Origin: Gracilinanus agilis
Taxonomy: Eukaryota
DNA length: 64,000 nt
Assembly (NCBI RefSeq): GCF_016433145.1
Contig: NC_058134.1
Coordinates: 197,557,804 to 197,621,803 of the forward strand
Direction: 5' to 3'
Shown: positions 31,781-46,700 of the stretch, piece by piece
Layout: the number at the start of each line of letters is the position of its first letter
How positions within the stretch are numbered: position 1 is the first letter of the stretch
Translations under genes and position numbers: made by a program
Notes under the pieces: generated by a model
The model's input: the letters and a program-made list of their open reading frames with translations, nothing else
Databases searched by the model: none
Told to the model about the DNA's origin: nothing

Positions 31781-34700
31781 TATATATACATATACAATTA
31801 CCAAAACTATATAAATGAATCCAACTGTAAATGGCAACAAAACTCTGTACTATTTTTTCCCCTTTTCTAACTAAGAAGACATATATAGAGCTTTTAAAGA
31901 AATTTAAACAAATGAAAAACCATTAAGGTATAAAGTTGCATGTACTATACATACACATACAATCACTCTAATATGCAGACTACATATCTTTTTGGGGGAA
32001 TCTTATAATGTAAGGATTCAATTGGTAGTATGCTGGGGATTTTTATGAGTAGTCAAAATTTGTCATTAACTTCAAAAAATAATATTATCATCATAGCCTC
32101 TGGGTTGAACAGCTGGTATAGTTTACAATTTTAAGTTCTATTCCTCATCATTCTAAATGTTTTTTTTTTAACTGATACACTTTTTTGTAGGTTCATGATT
32201 ATTATTTGAAAACAAAATGAGGTGTCTCTGACAAAGGTCTCATTCAAATACACAGAGAACAGAGTCAACTTTATAAGCATACAAAACATTCCACAACTGA
32301 TAAATAAATGGTCAAAGGATATGAACAGGTATTTTTCAGTTCTATCTATAATCATATGAAAACATGTTCCAGATCACTATTGAATAGAGAATAGAGAAAT
32401 GCTAATTAAAACAAAATCTTATACCAAACAGATTGGGTAATACTACAAAAAAGGAAAATGACAAATGTTGGAGGGGATATCTGAAAGTTGAGATACTAGT
32501 TCACTACTGGTAGAACTGTGAACTGATACAACTATTCTGAAAAGCAATCTGGAACCACGTCCAAAGAGTCATAAATCTATGAATATCCTTTGACCCAGTA
32601 ATGCCACTACTGGATCTATATCCCAAAGAGATCAGAGATAAGGGAAAAGGACCTACTTGCACAAAAATATTTTTAGCAGCTCTCTTTTAGCAAAAAGTAG
32701 TGGCAAAGAACTGGAAACTGATGGAGTGTTCATTAATATGGGAATGATCAAACAGTTGTGGTATATGGTTGTAATGAAATACTAATGCGCCATAAGAAAT
32801 AACAAAAAGGATGAGTTTAGAAAAAACATGGAGGGGGCAGCTGGGTAGCTCAGTGGATTGAGAGCCAGGCCTAGAGGCAGGAGATCCTAGGTTCAAATCT
32901 GACCTCAGACACTTCCTAGCTGTGTGACCCTGGGCAAGTCACTTAACCCCCATTGCCTAGCCCTTACCACTTTTCTGCCTTGGAACCTTGGACTCCAAGA
33001 CGGAAGGTAAGGGTTTAAAAAAAAAAGACAAAGAAAAAAGAAAAAACCTGGAAAAAACAAACTGATGCAAAGTACAGTTAGTAGAACTAGGAGAATAATG
33101 TATATAGGATCAACTGTGAAGGGCTAGACCAGTGATGGGCAAACTTTTTAAAGAGGGGGCCAAAGGAAAGGAAATGCTCATCTGTCAGTCTGTTTTTAAG
33201 GCAACTCTTTCGAAGTTTCATTGTATTGTATCCCACTCATTGTATTAGTCAGATTAGGAATAATGTCTCAGAGCAGATAGAACATTTCAGGGGGCCACAT
33301 CTGGCTGAGGGCTAAAGTTTGCCCATCACTGGGCTAAACTATTATCAACACAACAAGGTCCCAAGACAACCCTAGGGGATTCACAATTAAAAAAAAAAAA
33401 AAAAAAAAAAAGCTATCCAGAGTCAAAGAAGGAATTGCTGGAATCTGTTTACAGATCAAAGCATGCCATTTTCCACTTTATTTCCTTCACGAGGTTTTTT
33501 TAATTGTATGTGTGATATGTGTCTTCTGTCATGGCATGGGGAATTTGGAAACATGTTTTACATGAAAGCACTTGTATAACCTATAACAGACAATTTACTG
33601 TCTTGGGGGGGAAAGAGGGGGAGAAAATCAGAATTGCAAAATGTCAGAAAACAATTGTTAAAAATTGTTTTTATATGTAATTAAAAAAAGAAAAAAGAAA
33701 AAGAAAATTAAAAAAAAATATACAAAAAAAGAAAAAGTTTGGAAAAAAAAGAAAAGGTGTGCTTCGACTGTGATAGTCTGACACTCAAGCTGCTTGCTAT
33801 ACTGGATATGAATTTGTTGCCTCTTAAAATGTCTTCACTTAAACTGCTTAGTAATTTTGTTTGTGTTTTTTGGGCTGTTTTCTTCATTCTATTATCACTT
33901 CAAATAAACCCTCTCATTTTTCTCAGATAGGAATTCTTCATATCTGTCCTTCCTTTTGGAGTACTTTTATTTCATTTCCAAAGACACAAAGCTACAAATG
34001 AATGTAGATAACAGCAGTAGGAGGCTTCTGTAGAGACGGAGGAATAAGAGGCTGCCAGTGAGTGTGGCTCTTCAATAGTCCTCATAAAAACAGTAACAAA
34101 AAAGCCCCAAAGAAGCAAAACTCTCAGAAACCTTCAAAAGAACATTAGTTTTAGAAAAAAGCCACTCAAGCCACTTAGATATGAAAAACAGAGTTGAAAC
34201 ATGATGGGGGAAAAAAGGTTCAAAAGAAAAGGCAGAAATACTATAAAAAACACCAAACAAATTACAATATAAACAGAAACATAAGAAACAAAACCTGAAT
34301 TTCCTTGGGACAAAGAATCCACTTAAGGAACTGAAGAAGCTTAATTATCATAGGATAATAATTGTTCTAAAGGGTAAATGGATATAACAAACAGTTCCTC
34401 AAAAGAAATGCAGACTTGGGGGCAGCTGGGTAGCTCAGTGGAGTGAGAGTCAGGCCTAGAGACAGGAGGTCCTAGGTTCAAACCCGGCCTCAGCCACTTC
34501 CCAGCTGTGTGACCCTGGGCAAGTCACTTGATCCCCATTGCCCACCCTTACCAATCTTCCACCTATGAGACAATACACCGAAGTACAAGGGTTTAAAAAA
34601 AAAGAAAAAGAAAAAAAAAGAAATGCAGACTAACACCTTATAAAAGATTTCTCCAAATAAGTTTTGAAAATTCTATTTTTATTTTCAATTCTGAATTCTT

Positions 34701-37700
34701 TCCTTCCCAGTTCCCCTTTATTCCCTTACTGAGAAAAGCAAGGAAATAAAAAATCAATACAAACTGAATATTATTAAGCAAAACAAATCCCTGTGTTAAC
34801 CATGTAAAAAAAAAAAAAGACAAAAACCAAACCATACATACCTTAATTTGTACTCTTGAATTCATCATGTTTCATCAGGAGTCCTCTGGAATTGTGGTTG
34901 GCATTATGTTTATCAGTGTCTAAATCTTTTAAAAGTTGTTTCCCTATAGTTGTTATTGTATAAACTGTTCACTTCACTTTGTATCAGGTCATGTAAGTTT
35001 TCCCAGGTTCCTCTGAAATCATTCCCTTCAATTTCTTACAGCATAGTAGTATTCCATTACTTTCATATTCTGTAAATTGTTTAGTCAATCCCCAATAAAT
35101 GTGTATTCCTTTCTTTTCCCTATTTGAGCATAATGAACAATACTACACCACATGAAATAGCAAAATGAATGGTTTCAGAGAAAACTTGAATGACCTGTAT
35201 GATATAGTGCAGAATGAAATGAGCACAACAAAAACAACTTCAAAAGATATGAAAACTGATCAATGCAAAGACCAGCCATGATTCAACGACTGAAGATAAG
35301 GTATACTTATCTCTTGACAGAGAACTGATCAAGACTGTAGATGAGGGCAGCTAGATAGCTAAATAGATAGAGAACTAGGCCTGAAGACAGGAAGTTCTGG
35401 GTTCAAAATGGACCTCAGACACTTCCTAACTTTATGACCCTGGGCAAGTCACTTAAACCCAATTGCCTAATTTTTACTACTCTTCTGCCTCTAACACAGA
35501 AGATAAGGGTTTCTAAAAAAGACTATAGATGGACATTTTTTTAAAGTCATGGACGATTTAATTTACTTTATTATGCCTATCTATTACAAAGTTTTCCTTT
35601 TTTTAATAATTCGTTTAAAAAGAGTGATAGAAGGAAAGTAAATATCTATTAAAAAATACAAAAAGAAAGAATTTCTCTCATCTTTGGAGAACCACCAAAT
35701 CCCACAACCATAAGCTGTGGATGATTCTTTTGTGCTCAGTGGAGAAAGAAGGAAATACATTTCCTAATAAGTGGTCTCTTCTCCCCTCAGAATTTTTCGA
35801 GTATATTGTACTTTCTTCTTCAGTTCTACTCAATTCTGTCTTTTCTTTTTTTTTTTTTAAAACCCTTAATTTCTGTGTATTGGCTCCTAGGTGGAAGAGT
35901 GGTAAGGGTGGGCAATGGGGGTCAAGTGACTTGCCCAGGGTCACACAGCTGGGAAGTGTCTGAGACTGGATTTGAATACTTAATTCTGTCTTACAGTTAT
36001 CTGACCCAGCATTCATTGTCTATCCCTGCCCAGATGGTAAGCTCCCCTGTTCTCATTCATTTTCATATCCCACCTAGGTCTTTGCACATCAGCTCAATTC
36101 ATTTCCAGGAAGACTCTACTCAACATTATTAGGAATGCCACCATCTTTAATATTTCTTAGTAATTTAAATAGATGAGAATCGGCTGGTGGGTTTCTGCCA
36201 TGCCCCCCTCCCTGCCCCCTCATTAAGTCAGTGAGAAAGAAGAGAAGCAAAGGAGGCCTTCAATATTCTATACATTCTTCTTTCCTAAGGACACTGTCAT
36301 CTGTATAACTGCCTAAAAGAAAAATAAATGGAAAAGCCACACAGAAAAAATGTAATCAACCCAAAAAGACATGTGGAAAACTTTCAAGCCATTCTGGAAG
36401 TAGACCTCTGGGAACTGTTTCTCCCATACATCTTTAATGAATTAAAACTTACTTCCCTTTCAATTCTACCCGAATGCTATTACCAAAGTTATCTTGGTAA
36501 AGCAGCTCTTGCAAAGCATATCTCACTAGCTAAGCTACCTAAACTGGCACAGCCCTAATCAAATTTTAAAAAACAAAGGGAAGATTGGGTCTGTAAACTG
36601 TAAGTAAATGAATCTGATGACTTCCAATTCTTGAAAAAATATTCTAGAACACATTACTTAAAGGGATGGTGACTAAATATCTAGGAAAAAAAAAATTTAT
36701 TGTCTTGCCTTTTCTGATAGCATTTCAAATGGGTAGGTCAAAAGAATGCTGTTTATACTTGCACTTGATTTCAGTAATAATTTGATACAAAGTCTCGGTG
36801 AAAAAGAGAGATTTGGGTTAGATGAGAGTATGACTAGATAAGATTTGGAACTGGTTAAAAGAGGTTGGACCAAGAGTCTGGTCATTAATGTTAACTTAAA
36901 AGGAGTCTTCCTGTGGAAGTCTTCTATAAGGGATCTGTTCTTGGCACTGTGCCTTTTAACATTTTTAAGTGTGTTTATCATATTTACAGATGACACAAAA
37001 TTGGAAAGGATAGCAAATGTACTGGAGGTCAGGATGCAAAAAAAGATCTTTCAGGCTGGATTACTGGACTGAATTTAGTAAGATTAAATTCTATAGGGAT
37101 ACACTTAAAGTCCTATAAATAAGTTTTTAAAAAGTCAACTTTACAAGTCCAAAATGGGGCAGACATGGCTAGAAACTAGTTAATCTGAAAAATATTTAGG
37201 GGATTGAGTGGACTGTAGGCTCAATTATTAGAATTAACAGAGGTAAAGGAAATGGGGATGTTTGATTTGGGAATGAGAAGGCTTGGGAAGGGGCATGACA
37301 GCTATCCTTAAATATAAAAAGGGCTAGCGTTTTGAAAAAGGACTAACTAGATTTATTTAATCTTGCTAACAATTAGAATATTCCAAAGTGGAAAGGGTTA
37401 TCTTGGGAAGTAGTGTCTAGAGTAGAGTCTAGATGGTCATTTGTTTGGTATGCTGTAAAGAGGAATTCTTTTTTAGGTAAGAGCTGAACTAGAGGGGCAC
37501 TGAGGTCTTACATACTCATTCAATGAACTGCACCATTTTGAAGAGCTGGAATTTTAAAATTCTAAACTCTGATCTTCCTATTCTTTCACCCCTCCTGCTC
37601 ACTAAACCTATTCTTCATCTTTATTTCAATTTTTGGTTCCCTGAGCTATCCCCTTTTCCCTCAACCCACCTTTTTGTTTGGCTTCATTTCCTTACATACC

Positions 37701-40700
37701 TAGTCTCTACTCCAATTGTTTCGTACTTGTTTCCATTAAGATAGAATCACAGGATTGGAAGGAACCTATCTAGAACCTATTGGAAGGAGGCTATCTATAT
37801 CTGCCCAGACCTATACCACAATTCCATCTACATCGTACCTGACAAGTGGTCATCCATTTTCCCACTAGGACAGGTTTTATCATGTTGGAAAGGCTTCAAA
37901 GAAAGTACAGTCCCAATAACTCTGCTTTCCAAGGATGTACGAATGGAGAGGTTCGACAACAATATGCTGGTCACTAGATCACTAGGTCACTAGATTTTTG
38001 GTCACAGTATCCCACAAAAAGACCAAAAATACAACACAGCCTCAATCTTATGCAAAGACATCTTACTTTAATGTACTGAAGGGACACAGTGGAATTCCAG
38101 AAAGGGGGGGAAATCTACTAAGAATCACACAATGACTGTCTAATCTAAACTTTGAATCTTTCCCAGTGCATACCTATCATGGTGTGTTCTGAAATGTACA
38201 CAGTAAGTACATAAAAGGTTTCTCAATTGAGCCAATACCCAAAGTTTTGACTCAAGTCTCAAACTGCTCTAATCATTGTCCCCAATATATGTCTTCAATA
38301 ACACCCTATGCAATCTATCACAAGCTCTAGGGTTACTCATGGCAGTCCCTGGGTCACACAAAAGAAGCTGCAAAATGAGAGGTTTGGAATAGAAGGCTCT
38401 TCCTAACTGGAAAATCCCATGCTTTGAGAGAAGCAGCATGGCCTAGGAGATGGCTAGACTTGGAGCCAAAAAGTCCTGAGCTTCAATCTTACTACGTACA
38501 TAACTGCTAGCAATATGATCATAACCAAGTAAGTCACTTAGCCTCTAAGAGTCTCAATCTCCTCACCTGTAAATTGGGGATAGTAATGCCTATCTAGAGT
38601 GTCTATTCCTCAGTATTACTGTAAGGTTAAGAGGAGATATGGAGCACCTTCAAAATTGAAAGGGATAAATGTTAGCTTTCACTTGTTTCACTTTCAACCT
38701 TAGCTTTCCAGGCTTTTTCAATTCATTCTCCTTCCCTTTATATACAACTTCAGTCAAACTATAATACTAGTGCCTCCCTGTTTTCAGTCTTCTTGCCTTT
38801 ATCCTTTGTGTAGCTTCTATATCAAAGTAGGTTAGAATTCTTCTCTTTTTTGAAGGTCCACAGATTCAGGGTCTTTTTTTTTTTTTTTTTTTTCTGATTC
38901 CCAACAGCTAAAAGTGATATGAAATGACTCCTCAAAATTTGTTGTAGCACATAATCTAAACTTTTCCTTTGCTCTTATAACACTTTCCTATCATCCTTAT
39001 ATGCATACACATTATTATGCTCACTGGATTGCTGTTAAGCTCTTGAGGGTGAGGGCTATGCTTATTTTTGTACTCTTGTGGCCCACCATTCACTGGCCAA
39101 AGTGCCATAATGGGTAGGCAGTTTAACATTTATCCAACTCCTAGTCTGTACAAAGTACTGTTAGAAGTGGCAAATACAAAGATGAGAAATTAAATGCTTC
39201 CTATCCTTAAAAAGTTTACATTCCAACTTGTATACAGATAAATACATAAGGCAATTTTAGGAAAGAGAGAATACTAACAACTGGGGTCAGTTACAACCCT
39301 AGGGGATGGTACCTAATCTGAATCTTAAAGGAAGCTAGGGATGCTCAAAAGGTAAGGTGAAGAGGAGGTGCATCTCTGCAGCCAGGGCAGAATCACCTTG
39401 GTCCAGAGGCTTGGGGCCAGGTGATGGATTACTGAGCCCAGGGGACAAGGACTTCACTGGCCAATTAGGTATGGTTGTAGTATGCCTGAAGGGGAGAAAT
39501 GGGAAATAAATCTGGAAATATAGATGGGAACCAAATCCTGGAGGGTTTTAAATGCCAGGCTGAGTGCCTGTTTCCAGAACACATTTACTAAAGGTGGAAA
39601 ATAAAGAAAAGAAGAACAAAAACATTGAGTAAAGGAAGACATGCAAATATGTAAAGTGTTTCATTAAAAATTTTTTTATTAAAAATAAATTTAAAATTTT
39701 GCACAAACAAAATCAATGTAGAAATCCTTAATAGTTAAGTATTAATAGATACGAACAGTTTTCTAAAGAACAGCAAACTATCAACAACCATATGAAAAAA
39801 TGTGCCCAATCATTATAAATAAGTGAAAGGAATATGAAAACAACTTTGAGGTTTTACCTCATGCCTAGGAAACTGAGAGAGATGAGAAAAAAAACAGAAA
39901 AGTCAATGCTGGAGTGGCAACTATAGGAAGACAGGAATACTGACAGAGAGCTTTGAACTGGTTGGACCATTCTGGTGACCAATTTGTGGTGGTACCAAGA
40001 GAAATGACTAAACTCTTACACCTTCCCTAATCAAAAGTTCCTACTCTTGGGGACATAATCCAAGGAAGAAAAAAAAGAAAGGTCTCTTATCTATATCTAA
40101 ATATTCATAGCACCATTTTTTGTGGTTGCAAAGAATTAGACACAAAGTAGATGCCCATTTACCAGAGGAATGGCTAAGCAGAGGAAGGCAGATAACTGTG
40201 GAAAGAGGACAAGGGATCTGGGTTTGAATCCTGAGTGTGTTGCCTGTGTGACCAACCTCATGCAAATCCCTAAACTATCCTGGACTTCATTTTCCTCATC
40301 TGTAAAATGAAGGGGTTGGCCTAGATGCATCTGAGAACTCTTCCAGCTCTGATCTATGGTCCTATGAGAGTAACAGATTATAAAGAACTAGAAAAATGAG
40401 TATGAGTTTAGCCAAACATGAGATTTATATGAACTGATGTAGAGTTAATAAGCAGAACCAGAAGGATGTACACAATAATTACATCAATGTAAATAAAAAG
40501 GACACTGAAAGAAAGCTAAATTGATTCACTGAAGAACAGAACAAATGTTGAGATCTTCCACCCTTTTGTCACCGAAGAGGTGGGAGCTACAATGGCAGGA
40601 AATAGCATCCCTAGTAGAAATAGTCAATAGATCAGTCATTTTTGCTTTATGGTTTTTCTTTCCAGAGCAGGGACAATCACATACTGTACAGAAGTTACTG

Positions 40701-43700
40701 CAATGTAAAAAACAAAGAGCACCAACAAAACTAATTTTTTTAAATTCCAGACTGAGTTTGTATTTTATCTCAGAACTTGGGCTCTTGTTCTTTTTTGGTG
40801 TCATGGACCCAAAGTCTGCTGAAGCCAGTTTTCTTGAGAATGATTTGGAGTGATGCAAATGAAGAACATTTTCTCTCTTCTCAGAATGTTTTTTAAATAC
40901 ATAAAAACACATAGGGTTACAAAAGAACTAATTTATACCAAAATAAAGAAGCAATTTATTCCCATCCAAGTTTATAGACCTCTTTGAAATCCTTGGACCC
41001 TAGATTATGAACCTCCGTCATAGAGGAAATAGGGAAGTGCACAGAAGTTTTTGAACAAGGGAGTGATGTGGTCAGATCTATCTTTTAGGAATATTAATTT
41101 GGTAGTTGTGTGCAGAGTGGATTCAAAGAGATAGACTGTAAATAGGGAGACCAATGAAAAGTTATTTTAAAAAATTATTGCAACAGTTCGGTACAGATGA
41201 CAGAGATGATTTAAGGTGGTGGCTATGAGTGCAGTGAAAGGAGACATATATCATAGATATTGTAGGGGTAGAATTGCTAAGATTTAGCAACTGACTGGAT
41301 TATTAGTGGATGGCTATGAGGGAGAGGGAAACAAAAGACAACTTAAGTTGTAAACTTGACTGTTTGGAAGGTTGGTAGTATTCTCTACAGAAAAGGGACT
41401 GTTGGAAGGGAGGGTAAATTGAGGGTGGAGGAAAATAAGTTCTGATTTGGTCATGTTGAGTTAGAGATATCTAAGTGGAGATGTCCAGTAGGCACTTAAG
41501 AGTTTGTTGAACTGGATTCCTCCCATGCACTGCCCTGCCCTCAACTCGTCCCTTGGTTTATCCAACTCTTACCTCCAATTCTTCTGGGAAGCCTTCATTG
41601 GTTATACACCTGAAACTGATGGTCATTTTTATCTTTGTATCACCATTACCCAGAGCAGTATCTTGTGCATATAACATGTACTTCATAAATGCTTATTGCC
41701 TGAACTCCTTAAGCACTTGTTGTTCTAACTTGATAACTTAATTACAGTATTGCTATTTTTCAAATGCTTATCTTACCTTCAAAAGTAGACTGCAAGCTTT
41801 TTAGTATCCTCTAGATTGAAGCACAGAATCTTGTGTTATAAATTCAATTAGATAATTATTGACTGATTTTTATAAATGTAGAATGTAGAGAGCAGGATGA
41901 GTTAGTACTGACATGGTAAAAAAAGAAAAAAAGCAAACAAAACAAAAACCAAACTCCTTCTTGGGTCAAAAACTCAATGAATTGGTTAATTTTGCACTTG
42001 TCTTTCTTCCACACTGAGTGCATGAGCATACACAAAAGCTGGTTAACTGAGATGCTGTAAACCTGAAAACACCAGATAAATGTTTTTGATGTTTAGATGC
42101 TTTTTAATCATGCTCTACTCTGTGACTCCTTTATTTGAGTTTTCTAGGCAGAGATATTGGAGTGGTTTGCCATTTCCTTCTCCAAGGCATTTGACAGATG
42201 AGGAAACCAAGGCAAACAGGGCTAAATGACCTGCCCAAGGGTCATACCTAGGAAATGAGAGAGGCCAGATTTAAAGTCTAGAAGGGTCAGGTGCTCTATC
42301 CACTAGGTCAGGTGCCACCTAGCTCTGAATATTCTATAGTATCTCCAGAAACCCAATGGTCTATAATAGGTTTAAAAAAAAAAAAAAGGCTCAATTCTCC
42401 TTTCCTTCATTGCAGAAACAATGGAAATGCAAGACTGCATGTACCATCAAACTTTGTGAATGTGTTGGTTAGTTTTGCTGAATTGCTCTTCCCCACTCCC
42501 TCTTTTTTTTTTTTTTAAAGAAACAAGCTTGTATTGATAACTTTTGTTTATACAGTGTCTAAATTCCTCCCCCTGAAACTCTTCTTCTTCCTCTTAGAAC
42601 CATCCAGCATAACAATAGATTTTTTTTAAAAAACAAAGAAAAGTAGGAAAAGGGGAAAAAAAAATAAAAACTGATCCATACCTTCCCTCTCTTTTTAAAA
42701 AGGTGTATTTCATGAGGTTGCTGGATTGGTGGAGGTAGAGAAGGGATAGAATCAGAAATTAATATGAAATGAAAACATAAAGGTATTAATAAAATTTTTA
42801 AATTCTAAAATTTTGTAGTTAAGGGCCTCCAAGTTCAGTTTTTTTTTTGGATTTTTTGCTACACAGAGAACACTTCCAGCTATGCCTTCTGTTTCCAGGA
42901 TGTTAAAAGAGCAGATTATGCCCAAGTCACAAGGGCATAGATTTGGAATTGGAAAAGACATGGAAGGACATCTATTTCGACTCCTTCATTTTGCAGATAA
43001 GGGAAATAAGGCCCAGAAAGGTTGAATGATATGCCCGAGCTCATGCAGGTGATTAGCAGAGGTGGAATTTAAACTTGGGCCCTCTTACCCTGGATCCATT
43101 CACCATGCCACCTCTATGGTTTCTGATCTGAGTTTACAATTCAATGAGCAGAAACCTAGAACCAATATAGTCACATTTGTATCACTTCTTTATACAGTAT
43201 ACATGAAATCCAGAGCTTTATCTAATCAGGATAACCCCTATAATCTGGGAGGGGCTAAGTTGTGAAAAAATAGGAATTTATATTGGATCCTTAAGGCAAG
43301 AAGCCCATTGAATTGGGGGGCTGGGAGATGAAGAGACCTGCAATTTAGGGAAATCATTTTAGTAACAGTGTGGAGGATGAATTAGAGTTGGGGCTGAATA
43401 TATAGTCCAAGAAGGAATTTATTGTACTTAGATGCATAATAAAACCAACACTGTTAACTCCTTTATTTGCTTCTGTAAGGAAACATCTGTTCTAGACTTC
43501 CATTTAGCTTCAATTTACCTTTGTTGTCTGGTTTCACTATAGTAAAGAGTTTCAAGATAGACCTGACCCAATTGCTCCAGCAGTATAACCACTTGTTCAC
43601 AGGTCAAGGACCTTGAATTTGAAGTACTATTTTAGAATTTGGAGTAATTTTTATAGACTGTCTAAAAACTGCTTGCCTTTTGGTAACTGTCTGACCCCCT

Positions 43701-46700
43701 TTTTTCCACTCTGCCAATACCGCTGCAAAAGCAAAGGAAAGCATAGGATCAAGGGTCATTTTATATTTTTTCCATTGTTCCATAATGGTCAAAAATCTCA
43801 TTACCAAATGGGTAGCTTTCTGATGATAAGCCTTTCTGTACTTGGTCATTTTGACTTCAAAAAGCAGACTTAAGATGGTCGACAGAATTATCCTTAAAAT
43901 CTTTCAGGTATGGTGGGATCTGCTAGAGATCATGTTGACACGGCCTTTGAGAAATCTGATTCTCTGTCATGAGGAAGTGTTAAGAGCAAGACTCTGAATC
44001 AGATAGGGCAACTAGGAAGTGAAGTGGATAAAAGCAGTGGGCCCAGATTCAGGAAGACCTGAATTCAAATACACACTCAGATACCTACCAGCTGTGTTAC
44101 CCTGGGCAAGTCACTTAACCTAGTTTGCCTCAGTTTCCTCATCTACAAAATGAATTGGCAAATGAAATGGCAAACCACTCCAGTGTCTTTGCCAGGAAAA
44201 CCCCAAATGGTGTTACAAAGAGTTGGAAATGACTGAACAACAATTGTCAGCCAAGTAAGAAGTATATTTTTTTCTGATCCACTTTCTGATCTAATTGAAA
44301 GGACTTCTTTAGCAGAGAGCTATTTAATGAAATGAATTTAAGATTTTTAAAGTTCTGTTGCTGCAGATTTTATAACATGTAGGGTAGAGAGAAAAAAGGA
44401 GTGGTTGGAAAAACAATGCTTAAACAGGAAGTTTCAGAGACTGATTAAACTTGTGGCTATGAATGTAGAGGAAAGATTAAAAAATGCAGAAGTTAACACC
44501 CTAGCAGCAGAACCTGCTCATATGCTTGCTATATACAAGTCCAGAAATTCCATTAATTTACTTAAACGGTCAGGTGGACCTAGCCAATATTTATATTGCT
44601 CTAAAAAAACCCCTCTGGGTACTATGTAACAATTCCCTCATTTATTAAGCACCTACCATATGCAAAATGCTTTTCAGACAAAGCTAAAATAAAATATTCT
44701 CAGCTCCCATGGAACCTACTAGGAAGATTATCTAGGAGATGATAATGGGGAAGAGAGAAACAAGGGACAGGAGAAGGAAGAATATGTAATCAACAAATAT
44801 TTACTGGGTGCCTATTATCACCAAGAACTATGCTAGGTGCTTGGAATAAAAAAGTAAAATCAAAACAGACCTAGCCCCCAAAAAGCTTATATACTGTTCA
44901 AGAAGACATGAAATATAGGCGTGCATATATATATAGATATATATACACATATATAATAGAGAAATATAGGTATATATACACACATACACAAAAGATGCAA
45001 GAGGGCACTAGCTCTAGGGGTGGAGGGGAGGCAGGAAAGAATCAGGAAAGGGCTCATATCCCATGGTGATTAAGCGGATTCTTCTGATTCTAAGATTCTG
45101 TTCTTTCCATTATACCACTCTCCATGTGACATCTCCTTGGATCTTCTAGGTCCCACGTGACAGGAAGGTGGCTGGCTAGAGATTTTTGAGGCTACTGACC
45201 AACCCCGCCAATGGAATTAAGTTCTGTGGTAGAAAAAGCAGGCAGTGGAGCAGCCAGTGTTGCTGTTGTTTCCAAGTGAGGAGCTGGAGGCATGTGCAAT
45301 TCATGAAGCAGCACTGAGGGCAGCTGCAGAGGCAGCTTCTGGAGAAAAAAGAGCAGAAAAAGCAGAAAGGAACCTGGAGATAGACACTCAAAGAGGAAAT
45401 GCTAAGTCACAGTCAGCGTCTTTGGGATTTCATGCCCTTCGCCTAGAGCCAGTGAGTAATGGTGTGGAGGCAATGAGCATGGGGATGATCTAGAGACCTA
45501 GTGAGGGATAAACAGTACAAAAGCCTTTTAGGAAGGGACACAGCTCTGGCAATGTACCTAAGGCAGCAGAAACCAACTAAAGAGCTGGTGCAAAACCAGC
45601 TGAAAACACCTCCAGAAGGTGGAGGTTGTGCACATGAGATCTCAGGGGAAGATTAAGTATAATCATACAAGATAAAGCAATGGAAAGCAGTACAAGAGAT
45701 CTAGAAAAATACAAGGGAGAAGACACTTTCAGCTGAAACATGAGAAGTCAGGAAAGGCTTCATCAAAGTGCTGGCAGTTGAACTGAGCCTAGAAAGAAAA
45801 GGATTTTGAAAGTTTGGAAGAAAGGTGGGGAAAGGCCTAAAAGTGATAGCATGTTATCAAGTTTTCAGGAGCAAAGCAGGACGTATAAAAGAGGAATAAC
45901 ATGAAATGAAGCTGGAAGGTTAAGCTATAGGCAAATTATTGAGAGGGCCTTTTGTAGCAAACTAAGGACCTGGTTTTTTGTTGAGGGATCAGGGAAGTGA
46001 TGTAGTCATAGCTGAGTCTTAGGAAGATTATTTTGGTAGCTGTGTGAAAAATGAATCGGAGGAATGTCTAAATAAATAGTGGCAGATTTGCATAATTGAT
46101 TATAGAACCATAAGAAATGAAGAATTTAACTGATGTAGAAAGAAAAAGGCAGAACCTAAAGAATAAGATATAGGATAACTATAAGTGAACACTAAAAAAA
46201 TCCTAGATAAAACTCAAGTCAAATGCAATGATCAATACTGGTTGATTAGATGATGTTGAAACATCCCATCTTCCTCTCAAAAGATAGATGAAAGATCATT
46301 ATAGAATGCTAGGATGAAGGAGTAGAGTGTTGAGAAAGAGACAGAGAGAGGGAGAGAGAGAGAGACAAAGACAGAGAGACACAGTGGGGGAGAGGGGAGG
46401 TAGAGAAGGGGAGATAAAGAGAGAGATCGGGGAAAGGGAGGGAGGGAAGGAAAGAAGAAGGGAGAGAGAGAGTTAGTTAAGAGCAAGAGCATTAATTCGT
46501 AGTGGTTCCACTCTTCATGAATTAATGACTACCCTCTAGCAGGATTCAGTAGTTCAGAAAAGAAAGGGGATAGGGTGGTAACTCAGGGAAGATTAGGAGG
46601 ACTTGAGTAGCAGAAAGACAAAGGGAGAAAGGATGGATTCCACCTTGGTAGGGAACATATTAGGGTCTGGACTTTGAAGGAAAGAAAAAGCAGTTGAGGC

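Larger units (their letters stand above)
32150..33700 (+). mobile_element. L1 3' end interrupted by a SINE and a MITE
   Basis: tggtcaaaggatatgaacagg...ctgatacaactattctgaaaagcaatctgg...cccaaagagatc, ending in an A-rich tail near 33680-33740. Confidence 0.7.

Noticed and set aside
45245-45493. 82-aa ORF with an Ala/Glu-rich stretch (possible retrocopy)
   Set aside because: No parent gene recognised and no poly(A) tail or TSD found.
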